From Pseudomonas sp. (GTDB taxonomy: Bacteria; Pseudomonadota; Gammaproteobacteria; Pseudomonadales; Pseudomonadaceae): a DNA stretch of 64,000 bases. Each line of letters starts with the position of its first letter. The first letter of the stretch is position 1. Both the position numbers and the translations under genes were made by a program. Positions 39,649 through 47,877 of the stretch are shown here, piece by piece. The stretch is taken from assembly GCF_050739775.1 (NCBI RefSeq), contig NZ_JBOICA010000004.1, positions 28,664 through 92,663 of the forward strand, written 5' to 3'. The notes under the pieces are model-generated. The model had not been told where the DNA came from, made no database searches, and saw only the letters and a list, made by a program, of their open reading frames with translations.

Positions 39649-40423
39649 CGATTTCGGGCTCAGTGCCCATACCAATGCAGTGATCCTGCATGCGTTCCAG
39701 GCGGGGCTGATCAGTTCGGCGACGGCGATGGCCAATATGCCGGCCTTCGCTGTCGCCTGCGTGTTGGCGCAACAACCGGCGCTCAAGGGACGGGTCGGGC
39801 TGCACTTCAATCTGACCTATGGGCGACCGTTGAGTCAGGCGATTCTTGCCGAGCCGCGTTTCTGTGCCGCCCATGGCGAATTCGACCTGAACCTCAAACG
39901 CAGCACCCTGCGCCTGAACCGGCGCGAGCGCGAAGCGGTCGAGGAGGAGTTGGCGACGCAGTGGGCGCATTGCCTGGCGCAAGGTCTTGCGCCCAGTCAT
40001 CTGGACTCGCACCAGCATGTACACAATATCTGGCCCATCGGCGAGATCGTCGCCCGTTTTGCTCGCCAGCAAGGCGTGCCAGTGCGTTTGGCGCGCAATC
40101 TCGGTAACAACATCGGGCCGGTGAAGCGGGTGTTCAAGACGTTGCTCAATCAACGGCTGCGGCGCCTGAGTGGAGGCGCGACGGCGGATCATGTCTGCAC
40201 CCCGGCCGACCTGAAGGCAGGGCTCGCGCCCAGGCATGGGGTGCTGGAGGTGGTGGCACACCCGAGTGCGCTGGGTGGGCATGATTTTGGCGATGCTTAT
40301 CTGGAGGCCGGTGAGTCGTTGAAACTGCTGGTGGATGAGTGGCTGGAGGGGGTGCCTCGGGTGGGGTATTCGATGCGGCGCAGTGGCCATGGCCGAGGAG
40401 AAACCGGTGCAGTCAATTTGTAA
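39620..40423 (+). CDS. ChbG/YdjC/HpnK-family carbohydrate deacetylase
   Basis: Start at MPSQVIV; VNADDFG, GLHFNLT, HLDSHQHVH, EVVAHP. Confidence 0.88.
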   Translation: MPSQVIVNADDFGLSAHTNAVILHAFQAGLISSATAMANMPAFAVACVLAQQPALKGRVGLHFNLTYGRPLSQAILAEPRFCAAHGEFDLNLKRSTLRLNRREREAVEEELATQWAHCLAQGLAPSHLDSHQHVHNIWPIGEIVARFARQQGVPVRLARNLGNNIGPVKRVFKTLLNQRLRRLSGGATADHVCTPADLKAGLAPRHGVLEVVAHPSALGGHDFGDAYLEAGESLKLLVDEWLEGVPRVGYSMRRSGHGRGETGAVNL

Positions 40424-40460
40424 AACGTAGAGCAGTTATTTACCACCTGCCCCCCTTCAC

Positions 40461-40560
40461 CTCCTGTTTCCTGAGTACCCCTGAAACAGGAGCATCTACG
40501 ATGTCCTCAATAGAGCAGGAAAATCCGCACCGCCACCTGATCGAGCGCCACGACCTGTAG
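40461..40560 (+). other. 10-bp hairpin containing an RBS, followed by a 19-codon ORF (MSSIEQENPHRHLIERHDL)
   Basis: CTCCTGTTTC (40461-40470) pairs with GAAACAGGAG (40483-40492); ATG 40501, TAG 40558-40560. Confidence 0.35.
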
Positions 40561-40565
40561 AGCAC

Positions 40566-42806
40566 TCAGACCCCGGTGAGGCAACCTCGGTCACGCTGGA
40601 CCTCCAGCCAGCGTGCCAGGTCCGCCGCCGGCATCGGCCGCGCCATCAGATACCCCTGCCCCTGGTCGCAACCGGCATTGCGCAGGAAGTCATACTGGAC
40701 CTGGGTCTCGATGCCTTCAGCGGTAATGCGAAAGCCCAGGGCATGGCCCAGGTCGATGATTGCCCGGGTAATCGCCACCGCGTCATCATCCATGGGCAAG
40801 TCCTTGATAAAGGCACGGTCGATCTTCAGGTGATCGATGGGCAACGACTTGAGGTAAGCCAGGGACGAGTAGCCAGTGCCGAAGTCATCCACTGCGGTGG
40901 CCACGCCCATGGCCTGCAGCTGGGCCAATACTGCACAGGCTTGTTGCTGGCTTTCCATCAGCAGGCTTTCGGTGATCTCGACTTCCAGCAAGGTCGGCGG
41001 CAGGTCGAAGCGCTTGAGACTGCGTGACAGGCTGGCGACATAGTCGCTGCGCTCGATCTGCAAGGCCGCAACGTTGATCGCCAGTGGGCCTGGCAGGCAG
41101 TCGGCAGCGCGCCAGGCAGCGATTTGCTCACAGGCGAGTTCCAGGACCTTTTCACCCAGGGGAATGATCAGCCCCGTACGCTCGGCCAGCGGGATGAACT
41201 GCGCAGGCGACACCAGGCCATGCTCAGGATCGCGCCAGCGCAGCAGCGCTTCGGCACCTTCGACGCGGCCACTGAACAGGTCGATCTTGGGTTGATACCA
41301 GAGCTCGAATTCATTGTTTTTCAGCGCCCGGCGCAGGTTGCGCTCCAGGCACAGGCGCTCCTGCAGGTGCTCGGTCATGTCCGGGTGATACAAGCGCCAG
41401 GCATTGCGCCCGCTCTCTTTGGCCGCGTACATGGCGGTGTCGGCGTGGCGCAGCAGGCGATCGCAGGTCTGGCCATGTTCGGGACACCAGGCCAGGCCGA
41501 TGCTGCCAGTGACCAGGGCCGCGTTGCCCTTGAGGTCGAACGGCAACTGCAGGGTTTGCAGCAGCGCCTGAACTTGCTCAATACAGGCTTGCTCAGCGCC
41601 GATGAGCAAGAAGGCGAACTCATCCCCCCCCAGTCGGCAGAGACTGTCCTGATCATCGATGAGCTGCACAAAGCGCGCGGTGGCCTGTTGCAGCAAGAGA
41701 TCGCCCATGGGATGCCCAAGGCTGTCGTTGACCTGTTTGAACCCGTCGATATCCAGTACCAGCACGGCCAGATGCTGGTCACGGTTGAGGGCCGCTTGCA
41801 GGCGTTGATTGAACAACAACCGGTTAGGCAAACCGGTGATGGCATCGTAGTGGGCCAAGCGCTCCAGTTGCGCCTGGGACTGTTTGAGTTCACGGTTACG
41901 CAGGTTGATCAGGTGGTTGCTGCGATTGAGCTGGGCGACAAACACACTGAACAGCCCGGTGCAGGTCAGGGCGAACAGGAATAAGGGCGAGGCGAACAGG
42001 CTCATGGACGGCCAGCCCCCCAACGGGCTCGCCGCCAGTTGCCAAAGCCCGCCCGGCACATCGACATTGACCGTTACCGCATGCTCCTCGAACAGTTTCG
42101 GATCGCCCCAGATCATCCCGCCCGCCGAGCCCTGGCCATCGGCGCCGCGCAGGGCCAGTTCAAAGCCCGGGTCCAGGTCCAGGCCGGCGGCGCTGAGCAA
42201 ACGGTCGATGTCAGCGACGATCGAAACATTGCCCCAATACAACTTCACCCCCTTGTGGCCCTTGAGAAACACCGGCCGCCGATAGATCAGCCCGCGCCCA
42301 CCCTGATACAGCTGCACGGGACCGGCCAGCACCGGGCTGTAATGGTCGCGAGCACGTTGCAGCATGGGGTACTGCTCCGGCAGATGGCGATAGTCGACGC
42401 CGATGATGCTCTGGTTGCCCTTGAGTGGATAGACATCGGCAATCACATCGCCAGGGGCTATGGAGATATGGCGGATATGCGAGACCGAGGCGATGGCCTG
42501 GCGGGCCATGTCGTGAAAGTGCTCGGAGCTGATCTCGCCGTCGGCGCTGATCAACTGGGCAATGCCTTCGGTCTCGCCAAAAGCCGAACGCAACTGCGCT
42601 TCCAGGGCGGCGCGCACCCCGGACAGGCGCGCCCCGGCATTGGTCACCAATTCGCTTTCCTGGCGCTGAACATCCAGGCGGCCAAGCGCCACCGACAAGC
42701 CGATGCCAATCAGCGCAAAGCCAAAGGGCAGCAGGCGGTTGAGGGTAGTACCCAGGGTTGCCGGCAGGACCCGTTTGTCATCAAGGGCGAGGATTCTTGT
42801 GCTCAT
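40566..42806 (-). CDS. Membrane CHASE-GGDEF-EAL protein (diguanylate cyclase/phosphodiesterase)
   Basis: RLGGDEF, EALLRW and DDFGTGYSSL all intact; no RxxD I-site (DDQD); CHASE-like PVLAGPVQLYQG. Confidence 0.92.
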   Translation of the reverse strand: MSTRILALDDKRVLPATLGTTLNRLLPFGFALIGIGLSVALGRLDVQRQESELVTNAGARLSGVRAALEAQLRSAFGETEGIAQLISADGEISSEHFHDMARQAIASVSHIRHISIAPGDVIADVYPLKGNQSIIGVDYRHLPEQYPMLQRARDHYSPVLAGPVQLYQGGRGLIYRRPVFLKGHKGVKLYWGNVSIVADIDRLLSAAGLDLDPGFELALRGADGQGSAGGMIWGDPKLFEEHAVTVNVDVPGGLWQLAASPLGGWPSMSLFASPLFLFALTCTGLFSVFVAQLNRSNHLINLRNRELKQSQAQLERLAHYDAITGLPNRLLFNQRLQAALNRDQHLAVLVLDIDGFKQVNDSLGHPMGDLLLQQATARFVQLIDDQDSLCRLGGDEFAFLLIGAEQACIEQVQALLQTLQLPFDLKGNAALVTGSIGLAWCPEHGQTCDRLLRHADTAMYAAKESGRNAWRLYHPDMTEHLQERLCLERNLRRALKNNEFELWYQPKIDLFSGRVEGAEALLRWRDPEHGLVSPAQFIPLAERTGLIIPLGEKVLELACEQIAAWRAADCLPGPLAINVAALQIERSDYVASLSRSLKRFDLPPTLLEVEITESLLMESQQQACAVLAQLQAMGVATAVDDFGTGYSSLAYLKSLPIDHLKIDRAFIKDLPMDDDAVAITRAIIDLGHALGFRITAEGIETQVQYDFLRNAGCDQGQGYLMARPMPAADLARWLEVQRDRGCLTGV

Positions 42807-42904
42807 AGGTCCGTTGTTCGCATCGGATTACCGCTTTATCGGCGCCATGAGCGCAATGTTGAGTGAGGCTGGCTTTTTTTAGCGCGCTGGCGTTATGCTC
42901 GGAC

Positions 42905-42916
42905 TGAAACGTTTCA
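42905..42916. promoter_or_regulatory. LacI-family (Cra/FruR-type) operator upstream of gapN
   Basis: Perfect palindrome TGAAACGTTTCA, 29 bp upstream of the ATG. Confidence 0.7.
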
Positions 42917-42945
42917 CCCACATAAAATCAAGAGGTGCTGCGCCC

Positions 42946-44565
42946 ATGGACCGTCTGCTCGATTCGCTGTTTCCCACTGCCAACGAGATCCCCGAGGCCT
43001 ATCGCCTGGGTGAACCACTGGTGCAACGCGAGTACCTGGTGAACGGCCAGTTGCAGCACTGGGACGGGCCACTGGCCACTGTACGCAGTCCGGTATGGCT
43101 GAAGGAGGGCGATGAAGAGCGTCAGGTGATCCTTGGCAGCACGCCGCTGCTGGACGCCGACACCGCCCTCACCGCCCTCGAGGCCGCGGTTCATGCCTAC
43201 GACAAGGGTCGCGGCGCCTGGCCTACCCTGCGGGTGGCCGAGCGTATCCAGCATGTCGAGACCTTCCTCGGTAAGTTGCGCGAGCAGCGTGAGGCGGTGG
43301 TCAAACTGCTGATGTGGGAGATCGGCAAGAACCTCAAAGACTCGGAAAAAGAGTTCGACCGTACCTGCGACTACATCGTCGACACCATCAATGCCCTCAA
43401 GGAACTGGACCGCCGTTCCAGCCGCTTCGAGCTGGAACAGGACACCCTTGGCCAGATCCGTCGCGCGCCGCTGGGCGTAGCACTGTGCATGGGGCCCTAC
43501 AACTACCCGCTGAACGAGACCTTCACCACCCTGATCCCGGCCCTGATCATGGGCAACACCGTGGTGTTCAAACCGGCCAAGTTCGGCGTACTGCTGATTC
43601 GTCCACTGCTCGAGGCCTTCCGCGACAGCTTCCCGGCCGGGGTGATCAATGTCATCTATGGCCGTGGCCGCGAGACCGTCAGCGCGCTGATGGCCAGCGG
43701 CAAAATCGATGTATTTGCCTTTATCGGCACCAACAAGGCGGCCAGCGACCTGAAAAAACTCCACCCACGACCGCATCGCCTGCGCGCCGCCCTGGGCCTG
43801 GATGCCAAGAACCCGGGGATTGTGCTGCCCGAGGTGGACCTGGACAACGCAGTCAACGAGTCGGTCACCGGTGCCCTGTCGTTCAACGGCCAGCGCTGCA
43901 CGGCGTTGAAGATCCTCTTCGTCCATGAGGATGTGGTCGGCAGTTTCCTCGACAAGTTCCAGCGCAAACTGGCCGCGCTCAAGCCGGGCATGCCCTGGGA
44001 GCCCGGCGTGGCCCTGACGCCGTTGCCCGAGGCGGGCAAGATCGACTACCTCAATGGCCTGGTGGCCGATGCCCTGGACAAGGGCGCCAACGTCATCAAC
44101 CAAGGCGGCGGCCAGAGCCGTGGCTCGTTCTTCTACCCGGCGCTGCTGTATCCGGTCAGCGCAGCGATGCGCGTGTACCAGGAAGAACAGTTCGGCCCGG
44201 TGGTGCCGGTGGTGCCCTACCGCGACCTGCAAACTGTGATCGACTATGTGCTCGACTCTGACTTCGGTCAGCAGTTAAGCATCTTTGGCAGCAACCCGAC
44301 CGAGGTCGGGCGCCTGGTCGACACCTTCGCCAACCAGGTCGGGCGTATCAATCTCAATGCCCAATGTCAGCGTGGCCCGGACACCTACCCGTTCAACGGC
44401 CGCAAAAACTCCGCCGAAGGGACCTTGTCGGTACACGATGCGCTGCGCGTGTTCTCGATCCGAACCCTGGTGGCGACCAAGTTCCAGGCGAGCAACAAGC
44501 AGTTGATCAGCGACATCATCCGCAACCGCGACTCGAGTTTCCTGACCACCGATTACATTTTCTGA
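42946..44565 (+). CDS. gapN: NADP-dependent non-phosphorylating glyceraldehyde-3-phosphate dehydrogenase (ALDH family)
   Basis: Start at MDRLLDSLFP; GPYNYPLNE, FNGQRCTALK, EEQFGPV, FNGRKNSAEG. Confidence 0.8.
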   Translation: MDRLLDSLFPTANEIPEAYRLGEPLVQREYLVNGQLQHWDGPLATVRSPVWLKEGDEERQVILGSTPLLDADTALTALEAAVHAYDKGRGAWPTLRVAERIQHVETFLGKLREQREAVVKLLMWEIGKNLKDSEKEFDRTCDYIVDTINALKELDRRSSRFELEQDTLGQIRRAPLGVALCMGPYNYPLNETFTTLIPALIMGNTVVFKPAKFGVLLIRPLLEAFRDSFPAGVINVIYGRGRETVSALMASGKIDVFAFIGTNKAASDLKKLHPRPHRLRAALGLDAKNPGIVLPEVDLDNAVNESVTGALSFNGQRCTALKILFVHEDVVGSFLDKFQRKLAALKPGMPWEPGVALTPLPEAGKIDYLNGLVADALDKGANVINQGGGQSRGSFFYPALLYPVSAAMRVYQEEQFGPVVPVVPYRDLQTVIDYVLDSDFGQQLSIFGSNPTEVGRLVDTFANQVGRINLNAQCQRGPDTYPFNGRKNSAEGTLSVHDALRVFSIRTLVATKFQASNKQLISDIIRNRDSSFLTTDYIF

Positions 44566-44613
44566 CAGCCGTCCGTCCAGCGCCGCAGGTTTTGATTTGC
44601 CGAATCGCCGAAA

Positions 44614-44629
44614 CTGTACAAATATACAG
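44614..44629. promoter_or_regulatory. LexA (SOS) box
   Basis: CTGTACAAATATACAG, 14/16 to CTGTATATATATACAG, with extended AAA...TTT symmetry; 44 bp upstream of the VOC gene. Confidence 0.75.
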
Positions 44630-44673
44630 TTTCGCGCCATCCACCCTGCGGCGCGCTAAGGAGGATCCATAAA

Positions 44674-45141
44674 ATGGCCGTCAAACCAATCCCCGAAGGA
44701 CAGCACAGCATCACCCCTTACCTGGGCATCAAGGATGCCGGCAAGGCCATCGAGTTCTACAAGGCCGCGTTCGGTGCGGTCGAGATGTTCCGCCTGGACA
44801 GCCCGGATGGTCGGGTCGGTCATGCGGAGCTTAAGATCGGCGATTCGTCGCTGATGCTCGCCGACCCTTGCGACACGGAGGGCGGCTTGGTCAGCAGCCA
44901 GTCGCTCGGTGGCGCAGCGGTTGGTCTGCATCTGTATGTCGATGATGTCGATGCCCGCTTTGCCCAGGCCATCAAGGCCGGTGCCACCCAGGTCCGGGCC
45001 GTGGAAAACCAGTTCTACGGTGACCGTAGCGGCACCTTGAAAGACCCGTTCGGCAATCTCTGGTTCGTCTCGTCCCATGTCGAGGACGTCTCAGTGGAAG
45101 AAATCCGCGCCCGCGCCGCCAAGTTGTTTGGCGGACAGTAA
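44674..45141 (+). CDS. VOC/glyoxalase/bleomycin-resistance family protein (PhnB-like)
   Basis: SITPYL.IKDA.KAIEFYK.AFGA, HAELKIG, QFYGDR.G..KDPFG. Confidence 0.9.
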   Translation: MAVKPIPEGQHSITPYLGIKDAGKAIEFYKAAFGAVEMFRLDSPDGRVGHAELKIGDSSLMLADPCDTEGGLVSSQSLGGAAVGLHLYVDDVDARFAQAIKAGATQVRAVENQFYGDRSGTLKDPFGNLWFVSSHVEDVSVEEIRARAAKLFGGQ

Positions 45142-45151
45142 TCCCGGTGCA

Positions 45152-45188
45152 TCCCGGTTGGCGAGCGATGGCCGCCAGCCGGGCTTTG
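45152..45188 (+). terminator. Possible weak intrinsic terminator after the VOC gene
   Basis: 11-bp stem CCCGGTTGGCG / CGCCAGCCGGG (one G-U pair), followed only by CTTTG. Confidence 0.4.
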
Positions 45189-45229
45189 CATTAAGGTGGC
45201 AGGCAAAGGAAGGTTGGCCAGGATTGTCC

Positions 45230-46423
45230 ATGAGAATCATCGAAAAAAACGCTGCGCTGGTACGCACTCTCACCCCTGCCGAAGATGAACTGTTGCGCGG
45301 TTTTGTCCAGGGCAACCTGGCAGGTCCACGCCTGCTGCAGGCCAATCAGCTGCTGCTCAAGATCCGCGCCGCCGGGCATTGGCTGGCGTGTGATTGCCAG
45401 CCGCGAGCAATGCCGATTCTCAACGTCAATCTCAATGGCAACACCGGCACTCTATTTCTCAAGAACAACCCCGGCACCGCCGAGCATGCCCCCGATTGCG
45501 CCTTCATCAAGGATGAGCGCGAAGCTGGTCACCTGGAGGATTCCGACGTCCTGCCGGCCGCCTGGTTGCCCCCCGACACGCCCTTGCGCCTGATCGGCGA
45601 TTTTCGCCGCGCCGCACCTGGCAGTGGTGCTGAGCGTAACGATGTAAGCGACAAGCGCGAACAGCATCGTTTGCTGTCATTGCTACTGACGTTGATCGAA
45701 GCCGGAGGCCTGAATGTCTACGCCAGCCACCTGAAAAAGGACCTGACTGGACAATTTGCCGAACTGCGCAGCGTCGCCAGCCGTTACCCCTTGATCGAGC
45801 GGGTGCCGGCCAGCAACTACCTGGAAACCCGCCTGGACATGAAGCACATGATGATGCTCAAGGCGCGGCTGCGTGACTCCAGCGCGTTCGGCAATCATCG
45901 TCGCTACGGTCTGATGCTCGACTGCGTCAGCCAGATCAAGGCACGCAAGGTGTACAACGAGCGCAGCGAAGACGGCTTCGATTTCCAGGGTCATCACCTG
46001 CTGTGGGGCGGCAGCAAGACGCCAGGGCCGCTGTTGGCCCTGGCAATCTACTCACCGGCCAGCGCTGGCAGCCACTTCTATGAATTGATTCATGTCGCCA
46101 GCGTCCCGGTGCTGTCGCGTGGGCAACTGTTCCCGGTATACCGCGATGAAGAGCGCGAGCCCTTGAAGATGCTCGTTTCGTTGATCGACTGGATGGCCAG
46201 CAAGGGTGTCCGGGTGCTCATGCGCCGCCCGGTCATTGGTGGTCAGGGCATGGACGCGTTGGTACTCAGCTCCGACCAGGACCGGGTGCTGTCGGTATCG
46301 TTGACCGACCAGCCGCTAGGCCCGGAGCCTGAAGGCGAAACTTTCAAGCGCTATGCCGACTTCAAGAGCATGGACACCTTTCGCAAGTACGTAGCAGGAT
46401 TCTTCATGCGCGGGCGTGAGTAA
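45230..46423 (+). CDS. Hypothetical protein, DUF1173-like with N-terminal CxC...HxxxC metal site
   Basis: Start at MRIIEK; WLACDCQP...NNPGTAEHAPDCAF. Confidence 0.55.
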   Translation: MRIIEKNAALVRTLTPAEDELLRGFVQGNLAGPRLLQANQLLLKIRAAGHWLACDCQPRAMPILNVNLNGNTGTLFLKNNPGTAEHAPDCAFIKDEREAGHLEDSDVLPAAWLPPDTPLRLIGDFRRAAPGSGAERNDVSDKREQHRLLSLLLTLIEAGGLNVYASHLKKDLTGQFAELRSVASRYPLIERVPASNYLETRLDMKHMMMLKARLRDSSAFGNHRRYGLMLDCVSQIKARKVYNERSEDGFDFQGHHLLWGGSKTPGPLLALAIYSPASAGSHFYELIHVASVPVLSRGQLFPVYRDEEREPLKMLVSLIDWMASKGVRVLMRRPVIGGQGMDALVLSSDQDRVLSVSLTDQPLGPEPEGETFKRYADFKSMDTFRKYVAGFFMRGRE

Positions 46424-46431
46424 TCGCGAGA

Positions 46432-46444
46432 CTTGCCCCGCGAT
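46432..46444. repeat. REP remnant CTTGCCCCGCGAT
   Basis: Part of ATCGCG-AGACTTGCCC-CGCGAT; identical 13-mer at 56722-56734. Confidence 0.6.
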
Positions 46445-46449
46445 GAGGT

Positions 46450-47877
46450 TTACCACTGCCGCTTATCCGGCCGAGTCAGCCCCAGCTTCTCGATACGGTA
46501 ACGCAACATATCGCGGCTCAAGCCCAGGAGCCGCGCTGACTTGGTAACATTCCAGTCGGTACGATCAAGCATCTTGCGCACCATCTCGCGCTCCACCTCA
46601 GGCAGGCTGGTGGAAACCGGCAACTCGCCATTGCCATGGCTTTCATGAAACGCCGGCGCCGGCACGTCAAAGGGCTCATCGACCAGGCTCATGCAGACAT
46701 TGAGCTGGTGCGGGGCAATCTCCTCGCCAGGCGCGAGCAATACGGTCTGTTCGAGCATGTTGCGCAGCTCCCGAACGTTGCCCGGCCAACTGTAATTGAG
46801 CAGCAGCTCCTCGGCCTCGGGGCTGAAATAAAGGTGCGATTTACCGTAGCGTTTGCCATGCAGGGCCAAGAAGTGTCGGGCCAACAGCAGGATATCTTCG
46901 CCCCGGGCATACAACCTGGGGACCTTGATTGAAATGATGCGCAGGCGAAAGAACAAGTCTCGACGAAATTTGCCCTGTTGCACCATCTGTTCCAGATTGC
47001 AGTTGGTGGCACTGATAATGCGCAGATCGACCTTGCGCTCCTTCACCGCACCAATACGGCGAATGGTGCGGTCTTCCAGCAATTTCAGCAGTTTGGCCTG
47101 CAACAGCAGGTCCATTTCACCGATCTCGTCGAGAAACAGCGTGCCACCATCGGCCGCCTCCACCAGACCGACACGACGGTCCTTGGCATCGGTGAACGCG
47201 CCCTTCTCGTGGCCAAAGAGTTCGGCCTCCAGCAGGTTGGCCGGGATCGAGGCGCAATTGAACTCGATAAACGGCCCCTTGCTGCGCGCCCCGTCAAAAT
47301 GCAGGGCGCGGGCCACCAGTTCCTTGCCGGTGCCAGTCTCCCCTTCCACCAGCACCGGCGGCAACTCACCGCTGGACATACGCCGCTCGGCATCGAGCAA
47401 CTGCGTGAGCGTGTGCTTGAGCCCGAGCATGGCCGGTGACTCGCCGATCAAGGACTGACCTCCGGATTTTTGCGCTTCGCGCTCCTGGTAGAACGACAGC
47501 GTACGCTCCATGCGCTCGGTCGCCAGGGCCTTGTCGAGCATCAGTTTGAGTTCGGCCAGCACCACCGGTTTGGTCAGGTAGTGAAAAGCGCCCTCCTTCA
47601 TCGCCAGCACGGCATCTTCAACATTGCCGTAGCCGGTCATCATGATCACCTTGAGCTCCGGCGCACGCGCGGCCAAAGCCTTGATCAGCTCATGACCGTT
47701 CATCCCCGGCAGCGAGTTGTCGGTCAATACTGCGTCGGGTTGACACTGCTGCAGTTGCTCCAGCGCCTGCTCGGCGCTATGACAGACGGTGACCTCGAAG
47801 CCTTTACGCTCCAGATAGGTCTGGATATTTTCAGCGAGGATTTCGTCATCCTCCACCACCAGGATGCTGTGCTCCAT
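46450..47877 (-). CDS. Sigma54-dependent response regulator (NtrC/ZraR-type bEBP)
   Basis: Start at MEHSILV; receiver LTDNSLPG, Walker A GETGTGKE, GAFTDA, FLDEI, RRDLFFRL, WPGNVREL, Fis-type HTH. Confidence 0.93.
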   Translation of the reverse strand: MEHSILVVEDDEILAENIQTYLERKGFEVTVCHSAEQALEQLQQCQPDAVLTDNSLPGMNGHELIKALAARAPELKVIMMTGYGNVEDAVLAMKEGAFHYLTKPVVLAELKLMLDKALATERMERTLSFYQEREAQKSGGQSLIGESPAMLGLKHTLTQLLDAERRMSSGELPPVLVEGETGTGKELVARALHFDGARSKGPFIEFNCASIPANLLEAELFGHEKGAFTDAKDRRVGLVEAADGGTLFLDEIGEMDLLLQAKLLKLLEDRTIRRIGAVKERKVDLRIISATNCNLEQMVQQGKFRRDLFFRLRIISIKVPRLYARGEDILLLARHFLALHGKRYGKSHLYFSPEAEELLLNYSWPGNVRELRNMLEQTVLLAPGEEIAPHQLNVCMSLVDEPFDVPAPAFHESHGNGELPVSTSLPEVEREMVRKMLDRTDWNVTKSARLLGLSRDMLRYRIEKLGLTRPDKRQW

